Source: the human T2T-CHM13v2.0 reference genome, Homo sapiens. From it: a stretch of 64,000 nucleotides of DNA. Positions 1 through 10,300 of the stretch are shown here, in pieces. Position numbers and translations under genes: made by a program. How positions within the stretch are numbered: the first letter of the stretch is position 1; each line of letters starts with the position of its first letter. The stretch lies in assembly GCF_009914755.1 (NCBI RefSeq), contig NC_060927.1. One strand, 5' to 3'. The notes below the pieces were generated by a model. The model did no database searches and was not told the DNA's origin. It saw only the letters and a program-made list of their open reading frames with translations.

Positions 1-174
1 GGCCTACAGTAGGAAAGGAAATATCTTCACCTAAAAACTAGACAGAAGTATTGTCAGAAACTTATTTGTGATATTTGCATTCAACGCACGGAGTTGAACA
101 TTCCTCTTGATAGAGCCGTTTTGAAGCACTCTTTTTGTGGAATCTGCAAGTGGATATTTGGACCTCTTAGTGGC

Positions 175-191
175 CTTCGTGTGAAACGTGA
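175..191 (+). promoter_or_regulatory. Degenerate CENP-B box, monomer M1 (CTTCGTGTGAAACGTGA)
   Basis: Matches YTTCGTTGGAARCGGGA in position and form, but the essential CGGG is CGTG. Some copies are further changed to CTTG. Confidence 0.9.
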
Positions 192-343
192 TTTCTTCAT
201 TTACATCTAGACAGAAGAATTCTCAGAAACTTCTTTGTGATGTGTACTTTCAACTCACAGAGTTGAAGCTTCCTTTCAATAGAGCACTTTTGAAACTCAG
301 TTTCTGTAGAATTTCCAGGTGGATATTTAGCGCCGTTTGAGGC

Positions 344-360
344 CTATGGTGGAAAAGGCA
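344..360 (+). promoter_or_regulatory. pJalpha-type (A-box) motif of an A-type monomer (M2); related motifs in M4, M5, M7, M9, M10
   Basis: ctatggtggaaaaggca occupies the box position and resembles the A-box consensus CTAyGGTGrAAAAGGAA. Confidence 0.75.
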
Positions 361-514
361 ATATCTTCGTAGAAAAACTAGACAGAATGATTCTCAGAAA
401 CAACTTTGTGATGTGTGCGTTCAACTCACGGAGTTTAACCTTTCTTTTGATAGACCAGTTATGAAACACTCTTTTTGTAGAATCTGCAAGTAAATATTTG
501 GACTTTTTTGAGGC

Positions 515-531
515 CTTCATTGGAAACGGGA
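515..531 (+). promoter_or_regulatory. Degenerate CENP-B box, monomer M3 (CTTCATTGGAAACGGGA)
   Basis: 16/17 match to consensus. The essential TTCG is TTCA, a CpG-deamination-type change. Confidence 0.92.
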
Positions 532-1023
532 TCTCTTCATATAAACCTTGAGAGAAGAATTCCCAGAAACTTCTCTGTGATGTGTGCATTTAACTCTCAG
601 AGTTCAACCTTCCTTTTGATAGAAGAGGGTTGAAATATTCTTTTTGTAGAATTTCCAAGTGAATATTTAGAGCGGTTTCAGGCCTAAGTAGAAGAGAAAA
701 TATCTTCACAGAAAAACTAGACATAATTGTTCTCTGAAGCTACTTTGTGATGTGCGCATTCAGCTTACAGAGTTTAACCTTTCTTTGGATCGAGCGGTTT
801 TAAACACTCTTTTTGTGGAATTTGCAATTCTATATTTAGAGTGCTTTCAGGCCTGTGGTACAAAAGGGAATGTCCTCACATAAAATCTAGACAGAAGCAT
901 TGTCGGAAACTACTTTGTGATACCTGCCTTCAACTCTCAGAATTGAATGTTCCTCTTGATGGAGCAGTTTTGAAAAACTCTTTTTGTTGAATCTCCAAGT
1001 GGATATTTGGACCTCTTTGTGGC

Positions 1024-1040
1024 CTTCATTTGAGACGTGA
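1024..1040 (+). promoter_or_regulatory. Degenerate CENP-B box, monomer M6 (CTTC[A/G]TTTGAGACGTGA)
   Basis: CGGG is CGTG in all copies read. A1-type copies also have TTCG changed to TTCA. Confidence 0.88.
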
Positions 1041-1363
1041 CTTCTTCATACAAAAGTAGACAGAAGAATTCTCATCAACTTCTTCGTGATGTGTGCTTTC
1101 AACTCGCAGCGTTGAAGCTTCCTTTCGATAGAGCAGTTCTGTAACTCTCTTTTTGTAGAATTTCCAAGTGGATATTTAGCGCCGTTTGAGGCCAATGGTG
1201 GAAAAGGCAATATCTTCATAGAAAAACTAGACAGAATGATTCTCAGAAACTACTTTGTGATGTGTGCCTTCAACTCACAGAGTTTAACCTTTCTTTTGAT
1301 AGAGCAGTTTTGAAAAACTCTTTTTGTAGAATCTGCAAGTGTATATTGGGACTTTTCTGAGGC

Positions 1364-1380
1364 CATCTTTGGAAACGGGA
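1364..1380 (+). promoter_or_regulatory. Degenerate CENP-B box, monomer M8 (CATCTTTGGAAACGGGA)
   Basis: The 3' half is intact, while the 5' TTCG is replaced by ATCT. Confidence 0.88.
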
Positions 1381-4300
1381 TTTCTTCATATAAAACTTGA
1401 AAGAAGAATCCTCAGAAAATTATTTGTGATATGTGCATTTAACTCATGGAGTTGAAACTTCCTTTCGATAGAAGAGTTTTGAAATACTCTTTTTGTAGAA
1501 TTTCCAATTGGATTTTTACAGCGGTTTGAGGTCTATGGCAGAAAAAGAAATATCTTCACAGAAAAACAAGGCAGATTCATTCTCCGAAGCTGCTTTGTGA
1601 TGCTTGCATTCAGCTGACAGAGTTTAAACTTCCTTTGATAGAGCAGTTTTGAAACACTCTTTTTGTGGAATTTGCAAGTGTATATTTAGAGCGTTTTGAG
1701 GCCTACAGTAGGAAAGGAAATACCTTCACCTAAAAACTAGACAGAAGTATTGTCAGAAACTTATTTGTGATATTTGCATTCAACGCACGGAGTTGAACAT
1801 TCCTCTTGATGGAGCCGTTTTGAAGCACTCTTTTTGTGGAATCTGCAAGTGGATATTTGGACCTCTTTGTGGCCTTCGTGGGAAACGTGATTTCTTCATT
1901 TACAACTAGACAGAAGAATTCTCAGAAACTACTTTGTGATGTGTACTTTCAACTCACAGAGTTGAAGCTTCCTTTCAATAGAGCACCTTTGAAACTCAGT
2001 TTCTGTAGAATTTCCAGGTGGATATTTAGCGCCGTTTGAGGCCTATGGTGGAAAAGGCAATATCTTCGTAGAAAAACTAGACAGAATGATTCTCAGAAAC
2101 AACTTTGTGATGTGTGCGTTCAACACTCGGAGTTTAACCTTTCTTTTGATAGACTAGTTATGAAACACTCTTTTTGTAGAATCTGCAAGTAAATATTTGG
2201 ACTTTTTTGAGGCCTTCATTGGAAACGGGATCTCTTCATATAAACCTTGACAGAAGAATTCCCAGAAACTTCTCTGTGATGTGTGCATTTAACTCTCAGA
2301 GTTCAACCTTCCTTTTGATAGAAGAGGGTTGAAATATTCTTTTTGTAGAATTTCCAAGTGAATATTTAGAGCGGTTTCAGGCCTATGTAGAAGAGAAAAT
2401 ATCTTCACAGAAAAACTAGACATAATTGTTCTCTGAAGCTACTTTGTGATGTGCGCATTCAGCTTACAGAGTTTAACCTTTCTTTGGATAGAGCGGTTTT
2501 AAACACTCTTTTTGTGGAATTTGCAATTCTATATTTAGAGTGCTTTCAGGCCTGTGGTACAAAAGGGAATGTCCTCACATAAAATCTAGACAGAAGCATT
2601 GTCGGAAACTACATTGTGATACCTGCCTTCAACTCTCAGAGTTGAATATTCCTCTTGATGAAGCAGTTTTGAAAAACTCTTTTTGTTGAATCTCCAAGTG
2701 GATATTTGGACCTCTTTGTGGCCTTCGTTTGAGACGTGACTTCTTCATACAAAAGTAGACAGAAGAATTCTCATCAACTTCTTCGTGATGTGTGCTTTCA
2801 ACTCGCAGCGTTGAAGCTTCCTTTCGATAGAGCAGTTCAGTAACTCTCTTTTTGTAGAATTTCCAAGTGGATATTTAGCGCCGTTTGAGGCCAATGGTGG
2901 AAAAGGCAATATCTTCATAGAAAAACTAGACAGAATGATTCTCAGAAACTACTTTGTGATGTGTGCCTTCAACTCACAGAGTTTAACCTTTCTTTTGATA
3001 GAGCAGTTTTGAAAAACTCTTTTTGTAGAATCTGCAAGTGTATATTGGGACTTTTCTGAGGCCATCTTTGGAAACGGGATTTCTTCAGATAAAACTTGAA
3101 AGAAGAATCCTCAGAAAATTATTTGTGATATGTGCATTTAACTCATGGAGTTGAAACTTCCTTTCGATAGAAGAGTTTTGAAATACTCTTTTTGTAGAAT
3201 GTCCAAGTGGATTTTTACAGCGGTTTGAGGTCTATGGCAGCAAAAGAAATATCTTCACAGAAAAACTAGGCAGATTCATTCTCCGAAGCTGTTTTGTGAT
3301 GCTTGCATTCAGCTGACAGAGTTTAAACTCCCTTTGATAGAGCAGTTTGGAAACACTCTTTTTGTGGAATTTGCAAGTGTATATTTAGAGCGCTTTGAGG
3401 CCTACAGTAGGAAAGGAAATATCTTCACCTAAAAACTAGACAGAAGTATTGTCAGAAACTTATTTGTGATATTTGCATTCAACGCACGGAGTTGAACATT
3501 CCTCTTGATGGAGCCGTTTTGAAGCACTCTTTTTGTGGAATCTGCAAGTGGATATTTGGACCTCTTTGTGGCCTTCGTGTGAAACGTGATTTCTTCATTT
3601 ACAACTAGACAGAAGAATTCTCAGAAACTTCTTTGTGATGTGTACTTTCAACTCACAGAGTTGAAGCTTCCTTTCAATAGAGCACTTTTGAAACTCAGTT
3701 TCTGTAGAATTTCCAGGTGGATATTTAGCGCCGTTTGAGGCCTATGGTGGAAAAGACAATATCTTCGTAGAAAAACTAGACAGAATGATTCTCAGAAACA
3801 ACTTTGTGATGTGTGCGTTCAACTCACGGAGTTTAACCTTTCTTTTGATAGACCAGTTATGAAACACTCTTTTTGTAGAATCTGCAAGTAAATATTTGGA
3901 CTTTTTTGAGGCCTTCATTGGAAACGGGATCTCTTCATATAAACCTTGACAGAAGAATTCCCAGAAACTTCTCTGTGATGTGTGCATTTAACTCTCAGAG
4001 TTCAACCTTCCTTTTGATAGAAGAGGGTTGAAATATTCTTTTTGTAGAATTTCCAAGTGAATATTTAGAGCGGTTTCAGGCCTAAGTAGAAGAGAAAATA
4101 TCTTCACAGAAAAACTAGACATAATTGTTCTCTGAAGCTACTTTGTGATGTGCGCATTCAGCTTACAGAGTTTAACCTTTCTTTGGATCGAGCGGTTTTA
4201 AACACTCTTTTTGTGGAATTTGCAATTCTATATTTAGAGTGCTTTCAGGCCTGTGGTACAAAAGGGAATGTCCTCACATAAAATCTAGACAGAAGCATTG

Positions 4301-7300
4301 TCGGAAACTACTTTGTGATACCTGCCTTCAACTCTCAGAGTTGAATGTTCCTCTTGATGGAGCAGTTTTGAAAAACTCTTTTTGTTGAATCTCCAAGTGG
4401 ATATTTGGACCTCTTTGTGGCCTTCATTTGAGACGTGACTTCTTCATACAAAAGTAGACAGAAGAATTCTCATCAACTTCTTCGTGATGTGTGCTTTCAA
4501 CTCGCAGCGTTGAAGCTTCCTTTCGATAGAGCAGTTCTGTAACTCTCTTTTTGTAGAATTTCCAAGTGGATATTTAGCGCCGTTTGAGGCCAATGGTGGA
4601 AAAGGCAATATCTTCATAGAAAAACTAGACAGAATGATTCTCAGAAACTACTTTGTGATGTGTGCCTTCAACTCACAGAGTTTAACCTTTCTTTTGATAG
4701 AGCAGTTTTGAAAAACTCTTTTTGTAGAATCTGCAAGTGTATATTGGGACTTTTCTGAGGCCATCTTTGGAAACGGGATTTCTTCAGATAAAACTTGAAA
4801 GAAGAATCCTCAGAAAATTATTTGTGATATGTGCATTTAACTCATGGAGTTGAAACTTCCTTTCGATAGAAGAGTTTTGAAATACTCTTTTTGTAGAATT
4901 TCCAAGTGGATTTTTACAGCGGTTTGAGGTCTATGGCAGAAAAAGAAATATCTTCACAGAAAAACAAGGCAGATTCATTCTCCGAAGCTGCTTTGTGATG
5001 CTTGCATTCAGCTGACAGAGTTTAAACTTCCTTTGATAGAGCAGTTTTGAAACACTCTTTTTGTGGAATTTGCAAGTGTATATTTAGAGCGTTTTGAGGC
5101 CTACAGTAGGAAAGGAAATACCTTCACCTAAAAACTAGACAGAAGTATTGTCAGAAACTTATTTGTGATATTTGCATTCAACGCACGGAGTTGAACATTC
5201 CTCTTGATGGAGCCGTTTTGAAGCACTCTTTTTGTGGAATCTGCAAGTGGATATTTGGACCTCTTTGTGGCCTTCGTGGGAAACGTGATTTCTTCATTTA
5301 CAACTAGACAGAAGAATTCTCAGAAACTTCTTTGTGATGTGTACTTTCAACTCACAGAGTTGAAGCTTCCTTTCAATAGAGCACCTTTGAAACTCAGTTT
5401 CTGTAGAATTTCCAGGTGGATATTTAGCGCCGTTTGAGGCCTATGGTGGAAAAGGCAATATCTTCGTAGAAAAACTAGACAGAATGATTCTCAGAAACAA
5501 CTTTGTGATGTGTGCGTTCAACACTCGGAGTTTAACCTTTCTTTTGATAGACTAGTTATGAAACACTCTTTTTGTAGAATCTGCAAGTAAATATTTGGAC
5601 TTTTTTGAGGCCTTCATTGGAAACGGGATCTCTTCATATAAACCTTGACAGAAGAATTCCCAGAAAATTCTCTGTGATGTGTGCATTTAACTCTCAGAGT
5701 TCAACCTTCCTTTTGATAGAAGAGGGTTGAAATATTCTTTTTGTAGAATTTCCAAGTGAATATTTAGAGCGGTTTCAGGCCTATGTAGAAGAGAAAATAT
5801 CTTCACAGAAAAACTAGACATAATTGTTCTCTGAAGCTACTTTGTGATGTGCGCATTCAGCTTACAGAGTTTAACCTTTCTTTGGATAGAGCGGTTTTAA
5901 ACACTCTTTTTGTGGAATTTGCAATTCTATATTTAGAGTGCTTTCAGGCCTGTGGTACAAAAGGGAATGTCCTCACATAAAATCTAGACAGAAGCATTGT
6001 CGGAAACTACATTGTGATACCTGCCTTCAACTCTCAGAGTTGAATATTCCTCTTGATGAAGCAGTTTTGAAAAACTCTTTTTGTTGAATCTCCAAGTGGA
6101 TATTTGGACCTCTTTGTGGCCTTCGTTTGAGACGTGACTTCTTCATACAAAAGTAGACAGAAGAATTCTCATCAACTTCTTCGTGATGTGTGCTTTCAAC
6201 TCGCAGCGTTGAAGCTTCCTTTCGATAGAGCAGTTCAGTAACTCTCTTTTTGTAGAATTTCCAAGTGGATATTTAGCGCCGTTTGAGGCCAATGGTGGAA
6301 AAGGCAATATCTTCATAGAAAAACTAGACAGAATGATTCTCAGAAACTACTTTGTGATGTGTGCCTTCAACTCACAGAGTTTAACCTTTCTTTTGATAGA
6401 GCAGTTTTGAAAAACTCTTTTTGTAGAATCTGCAAGTGTATATTGGGACTTTTCTGAGGCCATCTTTGGAAACGGGATTTCTTCAGATAAAACTTGAAAG
6501 AAGAATCCTCAGAAAATTATTTGTGATATGTGCATTTAACTCATGGAGTTGAAACTTCCTTTCGATAGAAGAGTTTTGAAATACTCATTTTGTAGAATGT
6601 CCAAGTGGATTTTTACAGCGGTTTGAGGTCTATGGCAGCAAAAGAAATATCTTCACAGAAAAACTAGGCAGATTCATTCTCCGAAGCTGTTTTGTGATGC
6701 TTGCATTCAGCTGACAGAGTTTAAACTTCCTTTGATAGAGCAGTTTGGAAACACTCTTTTTGTGGAATTTGCAAGTGTATATTTAGAGCGCTTTGAGGCC
6801 TACAGTAGGAAAGGAAATATCTTCACCTAAAAACTAGACAGAAGTATTGTCAGAAACTTATTTGTGATATTTGCATTCAACGCACGGAGTTGAACATTCC
6901 TCTTGATGGAGCCGTTTTGAAGCACTCTTTTTGTGGAATCTGCAAGTGGATATTTGGACCTCTTTGTGGCCTTCGTGTGAAACGTGATTTCTTCATTTAC
7001 AACTAGACAGAAGAATTCTCAGAAACTTCTTTGTGATGTGTACTTTCAACTCACAGAGTTGAAGCTTCCTTTCAATAGAGCACTTTTGAAACTCAGTTTC
7101 TGTAGAATTTCCAGGTGGATATTTAGCGCCGTTTGAGGCCTATGGTGGAAAAGGCAATATCTTCGTAGAAAAACTAGACAGAATGATTCTCAGAAACAAC
7201 TTTGTGATGTGTGCGTTCAACTCACGGAGTTTAACCTTTCTTTTGATAGACCAGTTATGAAACACTCTTTTTGTAGAATCTGCAAGTAAATATTTGGACT

Positions 7301-10300
7301 TTTTTGAGGCCTTCATTGGAAACGGGATCTCTTCATATAAACCTTGACAGAAGAATTCCCAGAAACTTCTCTGTGATGTGTGCATTTAACTCTCAGAGTT
7401 CAACCTTCCTTTTGATAGAAGAGGGTTGAAATATTCTTTTTGTAGAATTTCCAAGTGAATATTTAGAGCGGTTTCAGGCCTAAGTAGAAGAGAAAATATC
7501 TTCACAGAAAAACTAGACATAATTGTTCTCTGAAGCTACTTTGTGATGTGCGCATTCAGCTTACAGAGTTTAACCTTTCTTTGGATCGAGCGGTTTTAAA
7601 CACTCTTTTTGTGGAATTTGCAATTCTATATTTAGAGTGCTTTCAGGCCTGTGGTACAAAAGGGAATGTCCTCACATAAAATCTAGACAGAAGCATTGTC
7701 GGAAACTACTTTGTGATACCTGCCTTCAACTCTCAGAGTTGAATGTTCCTCTTGATGGAGCAGTTTTGAAAAACTCTTTTTGTTGAATCTCCAAGTGGAT
7801 ATTTGGACCTCTTTGTGGCCTTCATTTGAGACGTGACTTCTTCATACAAAAGTAGACAGAAGAATTCTCATCAACTTCTTCGTGATGTGTGCTTTCAACT
7901 CGCAGCGTTGAAGCTTCCTTTCGATAGAGCAGTTCTGTAACTCTCTTTTTGTAGAATTTCCAAGTGGATATTTAGCGCCGTTTGAGGCCAATGGTGGAAA
8001 AGGCAATATCTTCATAGAAAAACTAGACAGAATGATTCTCAGAAACTACTTTGTGATGTGTGCCTTCAACTCACAGAGTTTAACCTTTCTTTTGATAGAG
8101 CAGTTTTGAAAAACTCTTTTTGTAGAATCTGCAAGTGTATATTGGGACTTTTCTGAGGCCATCTTTGGAAACGGGATTTCTTCAGATAAAACTTGAAAGA
8201 AGAATCCTCAGAAAATTATTTGTGATATGTGCATTTAACTCATGGAGTTGAAACTTCCTTTCGATAGAAGAGTTTTGAAATACTCTTTTTGTAGAATTTC
8301 CAAGTGGATTTTTACAGCGGTTTGAGGTCTATGGCAGAAAAAGAAATATCTTCACAGAAAAACAAGGCAGATTCATTCTCCGAAGCTGCTTTGTGATGCT
8401 TGCATTCAGCTGACAGAGTTTAAACTTCCTTTGATAGAGCAGTTTTGAAACACTCTTTTTGTGGAATTTGCAAGTGTATATTTAGAGCGTTTTGAGGCCT
8501 ACAGTAGGAAAGGAAATACCTTCACCTAAAAACTAGACAGAAGTATTGTCAGAAACTTATTTGTGATATTTGCATTCAACGCACGGAGTTGAACATTCCT
8601 CTTGATGGAGCCGTTTTGAAGCACTCTTTTTGTGGAATCTGCAAGTGGATATTTGGACCTCTTTGTGGCCTTCGTGGGAAACGTGATTTCTTCATTTACA
8701 ACTAGACAGAAGAATTCTCAGAAACTTCTTTGTGATGTGTACTTTCAACTCACAGAGTTGAAGCTTCCTTTCAATAGAGCACCTTTGAAACTCAGTTTCT
8801 GTAGAATTTCCAGGTGGATATTTAGCGCCGTTTGAGGCCTATGGTTGAAAAGGCAATATCTTCGTAGAAAAACTAGACAGAATGATTCTCAGAAACAACT
8901 TTGTGATGTGTGCGTTCAACACTCGGAGTTTAACCTTTCTTTTGATAGACTAGTTATGAAACACTCTTTTTGTAGAATCTGCAAGTAAATATTTGGACTT
9001 TTTTGAGGCCTTCATTGGAAACGGGATCTCTTCATATAAACCTTGACAGAAGAATTCCCAGAAAATTCTCTGTGATGTGTGCATTTAACTCTCAGAGTTC
9101 AACCTTCCTTTTGATAGAAGAGGGTTGAAATATTCTTTTTGTAGAATTTCCAAGTGAATATTTAGAGCGGTTTCAGGCCTATGTAGAAGAGAAAATATCT
9201 TCACAGAAAAACTAGACATAATTGTTCTCTGAAGCTACTTTGTGATGTGCGCATTCAGCTTACAGAGTTTAACCTTTCTTTGGATAGAGCGGTTTTAAAC
9301 ACTCTTTTTGTGGAATTTGCAATTCTATATTTAGAGTGCTTTCAGGCCTGTGGTACAAAAGGGAATGTCCTCACATAAAATCTAGACAGAAGCATTGTCG
9401 GAAACTACTTTGTGATACCTGCCTTCAACTCTCAGAGTTGAATATTCCTCTTGATGGAGCAGTTTTGAAAAACTCTTTTTGTTGAATCTCCAAGTGGATA
9501 TTTGGACCTCTTTGTGGCCTTCGTTTGAGACGTGACTTCTTCATACAAAAGTAGACAGAAGAATTCTCATCAACTTCTTCGTGATGTGTGCTTTCAACTC
9601 GCAGCGTTGAAGCTTCCTTTCGATAGAGCAGTTCTGTAACTCTCTTTTTGTAGAATTTCCAAGTGGATATTTAGCGCCGTTTGAGGCCAATGGTGGAAAA
9701 GGCAATATCTTCATAGAAAAACTAGACAGAATGATTCTCAGAAACTACTTTGTGATGTGTGCCTTCAACTCACAGAGTTTAACTTTCTTTTGATAGAGCA
9801 GTTTTGAAAAACTCTTTTTGTAGAATCTGCAAGTGTATATTGGGACTTTTCTGAGGCCATTTTTGGAAACGGGATTTCTTCATATAAAACTTGAAAGAAG
9901 AATCCTCAGAAAATTATTTGTGATATGTGCATTTAACTCATGGAGTTGAAACTTCCTTTCGATAGAAGAGTTTTGAAATACTCTTTTTGTAGAATTCCCA
10001 AGTGGATTTTTACAGCGGTTTGAGGTCTATGGCAGCAAAAGAAATATCTTCACAGAAAAACTAGGCAGATTCATTCTCCGAAGCTGTTTTGTGATGCTTG
10101 CATTCAGCTGACAGAGTTTAAACTTCCTTTGATAGAGCAGTTTGGAAACACTCTTTTTGTGGAATTTGCAAGTGTATATTTAGAGCGCTTTGAGGCCTAC
10201 AGTAGGAAAGGAAATATCTTCACCTAAAAACTAGACAGAAGTATTGTCAGAAACTTATTTGTGATATTTGCATTCAACGCACGGAGTTGAACATTCCTCT

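Larger units (their letters stand above)
1..1699 (+). repeat. Canonical 10-monomer HOR unit (1699 bp), representative copy
   Basis: ggcctacagtaggaaagg at 1 recurs at 1700 and 3399. ORF-track anchors (344, 3742, 7140 ... 62344) are spaced by multiples of 1697-1699 bp, apart from one 849-bp shift. Ten distinct monomers start near 50, 219, 389, 559, 727, 897, 1068, 1238, 1407 and 1578. Confidence 0.97.
50..1748 (+). repeat. Internal pentamer duplication: M1-M5 homologous to M6-M10 (B-A-B-A-A twice)
   Basis: An ~849-bp offset aligns M1/M6 (attgtc..., cctcttgat, gacctctt), M2/M7 (gaagcttcctttc, tttagcgccgtttgaggcc), M3/M8 (ggaaacggga), M4/M9 (gatagaagag) and M5/M10 (gaagct..., cattcagct). Confidence 0.92.
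1..9300 (+). repeat. 2-HOR super-repeat 'A1/A2', period 3398 bp (~2.7 copies)
   Basis: Alternate HORs carry linked variants. A1: ttcatttgag, aaaacaagg, gctgcttt, ataccttc. A2: gtgggaaac, gcaccttt, caacactcgg, actagtt, tacattgtg, gatgaagc, ttcagtaac, aatgtcc. The 67-aa ORFs at 1836, 5234 and 8632 are exactly 3398 apart. Confidence 0.93.

Noticed and set aside
1-1699. Assignment to SF3 pentameric arrays (D11Z1, DXZ1, D17Z1) or D18Z2
   Set aside because: The SF3 arrays have 5-, 12- and 16-mer units with functional CENP-B boxes, and D18Z2 belongs to the dimeric SF2. A B-A-B-A-A pentamer pair with dead boxes fits these poorly, although only an HMM or BLAST search would be decisive.
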